Of a stretch of DNA of 64,000 nucleotides, positions 33,443 to 42,003 are shown piece by piece. The stretch is taken from positions 74,904 to 138,903 of the forward strand of contig CAVYSE010000025.1 in assembly GCA_963771075.1 (NCBI GenBank). Direction: 5' to 3'. The position numbers were made by a program, and so were the translations under genes. Origin of the DNA: a candidate division FCPU426 bacterium. GTDB lineage: Bacteria > Oederibacteriota > Muellerivitia > Muellerivitales > Muellerivitaceae. Numbering within the stretch: position 1 is the stretch's first letter; each line of letters starts with the position of its first letter. The notes beneath the pieces were generated by a model. It was given only the letters and a program-made list of their open reading frames with translations. It did no database searches and was not told the origin of the DNA.

Positions 33443-33551
33443 TTTACCACAGAGACACGGAGAAAACCCGGACAATTGGTTTAATATTCCTTGAATTTAG
33501 AAAGATTTTTCTCTATGCCTCTGTGGCCGCCAAAGGCGGCCTGTGGTGAAA
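33443..33551. repeat. Intergenic palindromic element with 8-bp units (copy D)
   Basis: TTACCACAGAGACACGGAG ... CTCTATGCCTCTGTGG-CCGCCAAAGGCGGC-CTGTGGTGAA. Confidence 0.6.
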
Positions 33552-33579
33552 TTAGGTGTTGTTATAGTCTCTAAAAAGT

Positions 33580-33954
33580 TTATTTAGCGCCGCTATCGGA
33601 CAATTCGAGGTAGTTGATCCCCTTTGTTTTGACGATGGTTCCCGTCAATTCCACTGTTTGTCCCGCTTTATCCTTGATCACATCCCGGGCGGATGTGAAA
33701 TCGGAATTGACCACACAATAAAGATTGCCCTTTGGATCCATGGCGCCAAGATCCATTCCTTTTGTGGCGCAGCTCATGGCACATGCTGCATGTTTTTCCC
33801 CATGGCCGCCTCCGTCTCCCATGGCCGCGTGTTTGGCCATGCATTTCAGGCAGACAATCTCATACTTCTGGGTAACGCTTTTACCATCCGCAAAAGCGTT
33901 CCCGCCCAACGAAAACACAAAAATGAACAACGAAATTGCAAAAACTGTTTTCAT
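33580..33954 (-). CDS. Small exported Cys/His-rich protein
   Basis: Signal peptide (AFA-D), CLKC, HAACAMSC. Confidence 0.75.
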   Translation of the reverse strand: MKTVFAISLFIFVFSLGGNAFADGKSVTQKYEIVCLKCMAKHAAMGDGGGHGEKHAACAMSCATKGMDLGAMDPKGNLYCVVNSDFTSARDVIKDKAGQTVELTGTIVKTKGINYLELSDSGAK

Positions 33955-34323
33955 GGCTTTCTCCCCCTTTTTGAATGGCTGAAAGCATTTATCTTTACAT
34001 ACCCTTGGGCCAGAAAGAAAGGTTACCTTGCTTCAAAATAAAAAGTGTGAGTTACACCTTTTTTTGTCCTTTTTAAACCTTTCATTGATCCTATCAAGAA
34101 GACCCTTGTACTCTGGCCCTGATTTTTTAACAAAAATATCCCTCCCCTCTCGCAAGGGCCGCAGCCAGCCATGGACTAGGCATCACGAAAAGAATCGAGC
34201 GCCGATTCCGGGCATAAATCCGTCAAGCGAGAAGAGATACCCTCCTTTGATTCTTTAATTCCCTTATATTCAACTGGAATTCGTTGATAATAGTTTTAAA
34301 GCCGTATCTAGAAATGGGGCGGT

Positions 34324-35658
34324 ATGGTCCAAATCTACCCGTTGATCCTATTGGCGCTGGTGGGCCTTCCAAGCCATCTTTTGGCGGGTATATCCACATC
34401 CCCGAGCCCTACCCAATCCGCTACCGGAACGGCCCTTTTAACGCCTTTGGCAACTCTTACTCCCACCTTGAGCGCGACCCCGACCCACACCCTGACCCCC
34501 GGGTCCCCCACCCTGACCTTTACACCGACTCTTACGGCTACTCCAACCGCGACCTATACGCCCTGTGTGAACTCCCAAGGAACCCCCTGCCCCCCGACCT
34601 CCACTTCAACAACCAGCCCAACCCCGACCGATACCCCCCTCCACGGGAAGAGCCGGGGGTTATTCAGCCTTCCAGCCGCCGCGATACCCGGAAAAGTAAA
34701 AATCATCGAACCCACCTTTCGCATGCCCTATAGTTTGTGCATCGATTCCTACGGGAATATCGACGTCGCGGATACTCTCCACTGCAAGATCAAGCAAATC
34801 GCGCCAGATGGCTCCGTGACCACCTTGGGCGGCTCCAAAGGGAGCGACGCCGTCGACGGTAATGGGACGAACGCCACCTTGAACCTGCCCTCGGGTATCG
34901 CCGTTGACCCCAAAGGCAATATCTATATCGCGGATTCGGGCTTCAACCTGATCCGCAAAATGAACCGGGCCAACGACATCACCACCCTGGCGGGACAGGC
35001 GGGGGTTACCGGCAACCTCAACAACCACGGGAAAGACGCTTCGTTCAATGATCCTTCGGGCGTGGCGGTCGACTCTGCCCTCAACGTGTACGTGGCGGAC
35101 ACGACCAATAATCTCATCCGTAAAATCAACGCCAAGGGCGATGTGACTACCTTGGCCGGGTCTGGGGCCGTAGGCAACGCGGACGGCACGGGAACCACCG
35201 CCTCCTTCAACCATCCCTTGGATCTCGCGGCGGATGCTTCCGGCAACGTTTACGTGGCGGATACAGCCAATAACTTGATCCGGAAAATCACCCCCCAGGG
35301 AGTGGTCACCACCCTGGCGGGCGGGGGAAAGGGCGGTGCCATCAACGGCACGGGAACCGCGGCCTCCTTTGACTGGCCAACGGGGATCGCCCTGGACGCC
35401 TCGGGCAATATTTACGTGGCCGATTCAGGCAATTCACAAATTCGAAAAATAACTCCCGAAGGCGTGGTTTCCACGGTCACCGGGCCCAGGATGACGGGCG
35501 TGGATATGGGAATGGCCTTCCCATCTTCATCGGATGTAACTGCGTCGGCGGCCGTTACCACGTCGCAGTTTTTACCCTATGGGGTCGCGTTGGACTCGAA
35601 TGGAAAAATATACGCCCTCGACCCTTTCAAGGGTTTGGTTCGCAAAATACAGCCTTAG
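34324..35658 (+). CDS. Secreted NHL-repeat (beta-propeller) protein with Thr-Pro linker
   Basis: Signal peptide, TPT tract, repeated F..P.GIAVD..GNIYVAD..N..IRKI. Confidence 0.9.
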   Translation: MVQIYPLILLALVGLPSHLLAGISTSPSPTQSATGTALLTPLATLTPTLSATPTHTLTPGSPTLTFTPTLTATPTATYTPCVNSQGTPCPPTSTSTTSPTPTDTPLHGKSRGLFSLPAAAIPGKVKIIEPTFRMPYSLCIDSYGNIDVADTLHCKIKQIAPDGSVTTLGGSKGSDAVDGNGTNATLNLPSGIAVDPKGNIYIADSGFNLIRKMNRANDITTLAGQAGVTGNLNNHGKDASFNDPSGVAVDSALNVYVADTTNNLIRKINAKGDVTTLAGSGAVGNADGTGTTASFNHPLDLAADASGNVYVADTANNLIRKITPQGVVTTLAGGGKGGAINGTGTAASFDWPTGIALDASGNIYVADSGNSQIRKITPEGVVSTVTGPRMTGVDMGMAFPSSSDVTASAAVTTSQFLPYGVALDSNGKIYALDPFKGLVRKIQP

Positions 35659-35667
35659 AAATCTCCA

Positions 35668-36237
35668 ATGGAAATCAGCCGCGCCTACCGCTTTTTAAAG
35701 ATCTTTGTCCTCTTCATCGCGGCCCTCATCGCGGAATACATCTTTTGCGGTTTTTCCTTCCGCATGGTCCGCCACCGGGATCTTATCGGTTTGGATATTG
35801 CCAGTGCCCTTTCTTCCTTTGGCCTCGGCTACTGGTTTTTCAAGGATACTATCCGGGCCGCGCTGAAAGAAAAAGTTCCCCCTCCCCTCGTGGCGGCCTG
35901 CTTTTTGGCCTTTTGGGTTTTATTGGGATGTTTTCTCCGCATGAGCGCCCAATTAGCCAACGGGCTTTTGGACTTTTCCGACCCCCAAACCCGGTTGGTG
36001 GTCGTGACCGATAAGAAGATCTCCTCCTTCGGCGGAAGTTTAAAGGAAGGTCCCAACCCCATGGCTCACCTGGTTTATTTTTCCGACTGGGAAAACGCGG
36101 ATCAAACCTGCGAGGTGTTGGCCCCGCCCGCGCTTTATTATTCCCTCGACCCCGGGATCCCCATGCTGATCACCCTGCGGACGGGTTTGTTCCATTGGGC
36201 CTGGGCCGAGGACTTACAGCTGTTAAAAGTAAGGTGA
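35668..36237 (+). CDS. Hypothetical membrane protein
   Basis: Three TM segments plus a soluble C-terminus. Confidence 0.65.
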   Translation: MEISRAYRFLKIFVLFIAALIAEYIFCGFSFRMVRHRDLIGLDIASALSSFGLGYWFFKDTIRAALKEKVPPPLVAACFLAFWVLLGCFLRMSAQLANGLLDFSDPQTRLVVVTDKKISSFGGSLKEGPNPMAHLVYFSDWENADQTCEVLAPPALYYSLDPGIPMLITLRTGLFHWAWAEDLQLLKVR

Positions 36238-36327
36238 CTGAGGAATTACTCCCCCGAAAGTCCATCCCCACCCCGGCAAAAACACAAGCCAAGGTCCTCT
36301 TCATGTCGATTTGTCCCCTTGCATATT

Positions 36328-36356
36328 ATGGACAGGTCCATTATGGATATATCCAT
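36328..36356 (+). promoter_or_regulatory. Tandem palindromic operator (probable MarR autoregulation)
   Basis: ATGGAC-AG-GTCCAT (36328-36341) and ATGGATATATCCAT (36343-36356), downstream of a TTGCAT -35-like hexamer. Confidence 0.7.
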
Positions 36357-36843
36357 GAAATCGAGCCCCATGGACCCAAGGACCGATCTGCAAATTCTGG
36401 AGGATTTCGGCCGCTTCCGCCGCTCCTTGAACCTACACTTCGGGAACGGTCTGCGGGCCTTGGGACTGGGCACCAAACAAGCTTCTTTATTGTGGCATTT
36501 ATCCAGAAGGAGCAAGGCTTCCCCGGCGGACCTTTCCCGGGACACCCTGACCGACCCGGCGGCCATGACCAAGCTTGTGAACCTCCTCATCCGGGAGTCC
36601 CTTTTGCGACATGAGAAACATCCCACTGATAAGAGGCGATGGGAATTGAGCTTGACCCCCCAGGGGCAAAGGCTGGCCGTGAAGGTCGAGACCCTCTATG
36701 CCCGGTTATCGGAAGAGGCCTTGAAATCCCTCAACACCTCTGAAAAGTCGGATTTTTCGAGGACGCTTCAGAAATTATCAGGACACCTCGCGAGGGAAAA
36801 AAACACGCCGCGCTTCCCAAATCATAAAAAAAACAAGGAGTAA
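36355..36843 (+). CDS. MarR family transcriptional regulator
   Basis: wHTH with HPTDKRRWELSLTPQG; start uncertain (36355 or 36371). Confidence 0.9.
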   Translation: MKSSPMDPRTDLQILEDFGRFRRSLNLHFGNGLRALGLGTKQASLLWHLSRRSKASPADLSRDTLTDPAAMTKLVNLLIRESLLRHEKHPTDKRRWELSLTPQGQRLAVKVETLYARLSEEALKSLNTSEKSDFSRTLQKLSGHLAREKNTPRFPNHKKNKE

Positions 36844-36846
36844 GAA

Positions 36847-37707
36847 ATGACTTCCCATCCGGCCCGCAAAATCGATGATTCTTCCCAAACGAAAACCCAG
36901 CCCTGGTGGAAATCAACATTGGCTAAAAATGTGGGGCGCGCCTTATGCGCCACAGTTCTCCTCGGCTTGGTCGTTTGGTTTTTCGCGTTCCGCCCCTATG
37001 TTTCCACCGACGATGCCCGGGTCGCGGAGGACCTGATCCGCGTCGCACCGGACGGGGTAAGCGGCACCCTCCTCAAGGTCAACGTGGCGGAAGGCGACCG
37101 GGTCACCCAGGGTCAGGTCCTCGCTGAACTGGAGCATACGGTGTATCAATCCCAATTATTGAAAGCCCAGACCCGCGCCAACCTGGCCCAGGCTGATTTC
37201 AGCCGGGCAGAGCGACTTTATAAACAGGGCGGGATTTCGGCCCGGGATTATCAAACCGCCCAATCCACTGGCCAAGCGGCCCTGGCGGACCTGCAATTGG
37301 CCCAAAACGCCCTGGACCACACTTATTTGAAGAGCCCCGTGGACGGCGTCGTGGTGGAAAAGATCGGGGTGGTGGGCAACCTCTTGGAATCGGGCCAAGT
37401 GGCCTTGGTCGTCGCTGACGTGGACCACGCTTGGGTAGCGGCCAATATCCAGGAAACCAATGTGGGCGACGTAAAGCCCAACCAGGCCGTGAAGATCCAC
37501 GTGGATGAGGGCGGTGACCTGACGGGCCACGTGATGGAAATCACCACCGCCACGGCCTCCCAATTCGCCCTGCTTCCCGCCGAGAACGCCTCGGGAAATT
37601 TCATCAAGCTCGTCCAACGCATTCCCGTGAAGATCGCCCTGGATGCCCACCCGGATAAGGTCTTGAGGGCTGGCCAATCGGTAGAGATCCGGATCAAGGT
37701 GAAATGA
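36847..37707 (+). CDS. emrA: HlyD/EmrA family membrane fusion protein
   Basis: VSTDDA, SPVDG.V, F.LLPAENASGNFIKLVQRIPVKI. Confidence 0.9.
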   Translation: MTSHPARKIDDSSQTKTQPWWKSTLAKNVGRALCATVLLGLVVWFFAFRPYVSTDDARVAEDLIRVAPDGVSGTLLKVNVAEGDRVTQGQVLAELEHTVYQSQLLKAQTRANLAQADFSRAERLYKQGGISARDYQTAQSTGQAALADLQLAQNALDHTYLKSPVDGVVVEKIGVVGNLLESGQVALVVADVDHAWVAANIQETNVGDVKPNQAVKIHVDEGGDLTGHVMEITTATASQFALLPAENASGNFIKLVQRIPVKIALDAHPDKVLRAGQSVEIRIKVK

Positions 37708-39285
37708 CCTACAACAGCCCAGGCGTCTCGGGCACCGCCTACAAATGGGAAGTGCTGGGAGTGGTCATGATCGGCACCCTCATGGCCTCGCTGGACCAAA
37801 GCATCGTCAATGTTTCCCTTCCCGACATCATGGCCGACTTCGGCTCTCCCGTGAACGACATCGAGTGGGTCATTACGGGTTACATGCTGGCCTTCGCCAC
37901 CCTCATGCCCCTCACCGCCTGGTTGAGGGAGCATATCGGCTACAAGCAGCTTTTCGTGATCAGCCTTTTCGTGTTCACCCTGGGGTCCCTGCTTTGCGCC
38001 ATGGCCTGGAACCTGCCCTCCCTGGTGACGGCCCGCGTGATCCAGGCCCTGGGAGGGGGGGCCATCACCCCCACCGGCATGGCCATGATCTCCGAGGTTT
38101 TCGAACCCCACGAAAGGGGCAAGGCCATCGGTTATTGGGGGGTGGGGGTGATCGTGGGGCCCTCCTTCGGGCCCGACCCTGGGCGGCTACCTGACCAATA
38201 TTTTCGGGTGGCGGTCCATTTTCACCGTGAACCTGCCAGTGGGTATCGTGGCCATCCTTCTGGCCCTCGCGCTTTTAAGGGAGGACAAACCTTCCGAGCA
38301 TAGCCATAAGCATCCCTTCGACTTCTCGGGGTTTGTTTTTCTTTCCACCTTCCTGGTTTCCTTCCTTCTGGCCTTGAGCCAAGGGGAGGAAAAGGGCTGG
38401 TCTTCCCCCTATATTTACACTTGCTGGGCCTTAAGCCTCATCGGTTTCGTGGGTTTCACGGTGGTGGAAAGCCTGACTCCCCACGGCATTCTGGACATCC
38501 GGCTTTTGAAATCGCCGATATATACCGCCTGCATGCTGGTCATTTCGGCCCGGTCGCTGGCGCTTTTCGGGGGCGTGTTTTTGTTCCCCCTCTTTCTTCA
38601 GCAGATCATGGGGTTCGATGAGATCGACAGCGGCTTGATCCTGCTTCCCGGCTCCCTGGTGATCGCCCTGGTGATGCCCTTCGCGGGAAAACTGAGCGAC
38701 AAGATCGGCCCCCTTTGGCCCTCCTTGGTGGGCCTGATCGGCATCGCCTTTTTCATGTATACCTACCGCACCCTGGACATCAACACGAGCGTCTGGGACG
38801 TGATCGAACCCACCCTCATCCGGGGGGTCGCCATCGCCCTCCTGATCACCCCGGTCATGGTGACCGCCTTGAATAGCGTTCCCAAGCAACAGACCGGAAT
38901 GGCTTCCGCCATGATGAACCTGACCCAACAAGTATCGGGTTCCGTAGGGATCGGTTTTTTGGGGGCCGTTTTGAACCACCGCATGGTTTACCACCAGGGT
39001 TTGGCGGCTTCTACTTGGAGCGCCCTAACCCCCGCTTCCCGGATGGCCTTAGGACGGGCGGCGGGCAGGCTCCACGCCCTGGGTCTTTCCCATGCCGATT
39101 CCATGCGGGGAGCCGGGGCCGTGGTGGCCGGCCATATCTTCAAGATGACGGCCGTGGCCGCTTTTGAGGACGCCTTCTTGATCGGAGCCGTCATCGTCAT
39201 GCTGGCCCTGATCCCGGCTTTTTTCCTGCCGACCCATACGGTGCTCAAGCCCGGCAAACCTGAATCCATCGCCGCGTTGGATTAA
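37704..39285 (+). CDS. emrB: DHA2 family MFS efflux permease (EmrB), single-base frameshift near 38172-38175
   Basis: LDQSIVNVSLP, WVITGY, ARVIQALGGG; removing one base restores GPTLGGYL...WRSIF.VNLPVG. Confidence 0.9.
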
Positions 39286-39495
39286 GGCCTCTTGATACTT
39301 TAAAAAAATCCATCAGGTCTTACTTGCCAAGGAATACCATCGGTTAGAACCGACTGAAACCCTTGTAAATAAAAAGCGCACAGCCTCTTTAGAAGCCGGG
39401 CGTACACGATGGCGGCCTTTCATGGATTCACTTCGAACTTATTTGGTGGATAGATGGGCAAGCCAATTTCACATTTAAAGATTAATAAGGAAAAA

Positions 39496-39664
39496 TGGCT
39501 GGGGCGGTGAATATCGAACCAACTCCGTTCGTAGGGGAAATCCCCCCTACGTTACCCCCTATGAAAGTCATGGGGACCAGCTGTTCCCCATACCCTTCAC
39601 GGTTCGAATCCCTCCTTCTTCAAACAAATAAGCCCTCTCTTCCAATGGAAAGAGAGGGCTTATT
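39496..39664 (-). repeat. tRNA-linked repeat with duplicated tRNA 3' end
   Basis: TGGCTGGGGCGGT at 39496 and 39665, each followed by TCGAACC at the same offset; internal hairpins. Confidence 0.7.
39626..39664 (-). terminator. Hairpin/terminator after tRNA-Gln
   Basis: AAATAAGCCCTCTCT...AGAGAGGGCTTATTT. Confidence 0.7.
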
Positions 39665-39739
39665 TGGCTGGGGCGGTAGGATTCGAACCTACGAATGCCA
39701 GATCCAAAATCTGGTGACTTACCGCTTGTCGACGCCCCA
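39665..39739 (-). tRNA. tRNA-Gln(TTG)
   Basis: TGGGGCG acceptor, CCAGA-TT TTG GA-TCTGG anticodon arm, GGTTCGAATCC, encoded CCA. Confidence 0.97.
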
Positions 39740-39870
39740 ATCAGCTTTGAAAAGTGCTATTCCCCATAAAAAAGCAGGGGGCTTAATTTAATTCGGGACT
39801 GATCCTTAATCAAGCTACAAATGAGTTGTGAACATTGAGATCGGTTAAAAAAGCGTGTTAATCTCCCCCC

Positions 39871-40068
39871 ATGGCACCTCTCCCCGAATCCCAGCCCAAC
39901 ATTACTCCTTTGCCTTCATTATTTGACTTGGGTGGTCCTAAAAAAACAACCAAGGATACCGAGGAAGCCCTTTTTTATACCTGTCCCCAATGCGGCCATC
40001 CCATGGTTTCGAAGAAATGCAAGATCGTCTGTTACACTTGCCATTACTTCATTGGTTGTGTTGAGTAA
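39871..40068 (+). CDS. Small CPxCG-type zinc-finger protein
   Basis: CPQCG......CKIVCYTCHYFIGC. Confidence 0.6.
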   Translation: MAPLPESQPNITPLPSLFDLGGPKKTTKDTEEALFYTCPQCGHPMVSKKCKIVCYTCHYFIGCVE

Positions 40069-41122
40069 CTGCCGCTGGAGCTTTAAGAAACCCGGGCGTT
40101 TGAACGGCCTTGTTAAGTTCTTTCGAGGGGGAAATCGCCCAAGCCGAATCGACCCTTTTGGGGAACCCTTCCCGGACATCCGTCAAGAAATCCAAAACTG
40201 ATTTCTCATAGATCACGGGGTATTGGGTGTAGGTTTGCTCATGCCCCGCTTCCGGAATGAAAACTAGCCTCCGGTGGGGTGCGGGACATTGATCGAAAAG
40301 TTTTTGGACTTCCCCGCTCTTGACCAGGTCATCTTTTTCACCCGAGAAAAAGAGAACGGGAATGGCCTGGATATGGCGAACGACCGGCATAAGGTCCAGA
40401 TCCGTTTCTCCCAGGTGCAAACCGGTAACCGAATCGTAAGCTTGAATGCACCTGGAAATAAGACCCGGCAGAAAAGCGAAGGGCGCTGCTAGGGTTCGTC
40501 CGGAAATGTAGGACTTCACGTTGGGCATGGGGCTGTCCGCGATCACTGCGTCCACCGGGGTATCGGCCCCGGCCCGCAGGGCGCAGATGGCGCCCAGGGA
40601 AAAACCAAAAAACACCAAGGGCGGTTGTATCCATTTTTTTTGTCTCAAGAAATCCGCGGCTGCCCGAAAGTCTCCCGATTCCAATAGTCCCCCCGAGAGG
40701 GGGGCGGGACCGCTTTCCCCATGGCCCCTCAAGTCCATGGCCAGCACCTGGTAACCGGCTTCCTGTAAAAAGACCGCCCGGGTCAGGATTTGGTCCCGGT
40801 TATGAAAAACGCCGTGAGTGAGGATTACCGTCCCCAGGGGTCGCCGGATGGAGGCCGGAATCCACCAACCCTTCAGGTTGATACCATCCGTAGTTTTGAA
40901 TTCCACATCTTGGTACTTCAAGCCAAATTGACCCGGGTTTTTCACCGGAACATTTTGCTGTAAGGCGGCTTGTACCAAGCCCCGCGCCACCTGGTCGGGT
41001 ATGACCCCATAAATAAAGAACAAGGCGGTCGCCAACAATAGAACCATGGCGGTCCAGAGGACTTTGTGCCAAGTAGAAGGAAAGGCCTTTGTTTTTAATT
41101 TTATACTTTTAGATGGGTTCAT
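40049..41122 (-). CDS. Alpha/beta hydrolase
   Basis: N-terminal TM, HG, DLRGHGES, GFSLG nucleophile elbow, D..V, AGH. Confidence 0.88.
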   Translation of the reverse strand: MNPSKSIKLKTKAFPSTWHKVLWTAMVLLLATALFFIYGVIPDQVARGLVQAALQQNVPVKNPGQFGLKYQDVEFKTTDGINLKGWWIPASIRRPLGTVILTHGVFHNRDQILTRAVFLQEAGYQVLAMDLRGHGESGPAPLSGGLLESGDFRAAADFLRQKKWIQPPLVFFGFSLGAICALRAGADTPVDAVIADSPMPNVKSYISGRTLAAPFAFLPGLISRCIQAYDSVTGLHLGETDLDLMPVVRHIQAIPVLFFSGEKDDLVKSGEVQKLFDQCPAPHRRLVFIPEAGHEQTYTQYPVIYEKSVLDFLTDVREGFPKRVDSAWAISPSKELNKAVQTPGFLKAPAAVTQHNQ

Positions 41123-42003
41123 ATTAATGCCGCTCCATGAGAAACCGTTTCCACGGCCAGAGAAGTCCAGCCGTCTTGTTTAAATAGTCGCACAAGGTCT
41201 CCCGCCGCCGCCTGATTTTCCACTACGGCAAAAACGGTTGGACCACTGCCCGATACCATCGCGCCTAAGGCTCCTTTTTTGATCAACTCTTCCTTCAAAC
41301 GAAGGATGGAAGGAAGTAAATTAAAAGCCGCGCTTTCCAGTCCGTTATAAAGTGAGCCCGCGATCTCATGGGGATTGCCCCTTTTGGCTGTCTCCCTAAA
41401 AGCCCTGGCCCTTGCCCCGTCCGAAAACAAAGCCTTCCCCGACCGGTAGACCAGGGGAGTGGAAAGGCCCTCGGGAGGTTTTACCAGGACCAAATGCCAG
41501 GTGGGTCCGGGGAACCAGGGTTCAATGAGTTCGCCCCGGCCCAATCCCAACGCGGTTCCCCCTTCCAAAAAAAAGGATACGTCCGACCCAATCCTCGTGG
41601 CCAACTCTTGCAGTTTGGCGGATCCGCAACCCGTTTGATAAAGGGCTTCCAGCCCCCAAAGGGTAGCGGCCGCGTCGCTAGAACCTCCTCCCAATCCTGC
41701 CGCTTGGGGTATTTTCTTGGTCAATACCGCCCGGACCCCGCCCTGATTTTGGAGGATTTCGCTCAGAAAAAGCCTTGCGGCCTTGACCACCAGATTGGAA
41801 TCGTCAGGGGCCAGATCGGGCAGGGGCGGATCAATTTCAAAATCCACACCCGAAGAAATTTTCCCAAGTGAAATTTCGTCATAAAGGGAAACCGCCTGGA
41901 AAACCAACGCCAATTCATGAAAACCATCTTCCCTTTTTCGGAGCACCTCCAAAACCGGATTCACCTTGGCGGGTGTCCGCAGGCGCACTTTCTCCCTTTT
42001 CAC
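41119..42003 (-). CDS. ispE: 4-diphosphocytidyl-2-C-methyl-D-erythritol kinase
   Basis: PAKVN, DGFHEL, IPQAAGLGGGSSDAA, GSDV, SGSGPTVF. Confidence 0.96.
   Translation of the reverse strand: MKREKVRLRTPAKVNPVLEVLRKREDGFHELALVFQAVSLYDEISLGKISSGVDFEIDPPLPDLAPDDSNLVVKAARLFLSEILQNQGGVRAVLTKKIPQAAGLGGGSSDAAATLWGLEALYQTGCGSAKLQELATRIGSDVSFFLEGGTALGLGRGELIEPWFPGPTWHLVLVKPPEGLSTPLVYRSGKALFSDGARARAFRETAKRGNPHEIAGSLYNGLESAAFNLLPSILRLKEELIKKGALGAMVSGSGPTVFAVVENQAAAGDLVRLFKQDGWTSLAVETVSHGAALI

Noticed and set aside
33580..33954. c-type cytochrome
   Set aside because: The CxxC is not followed by His, so there is no CxxCH motif.
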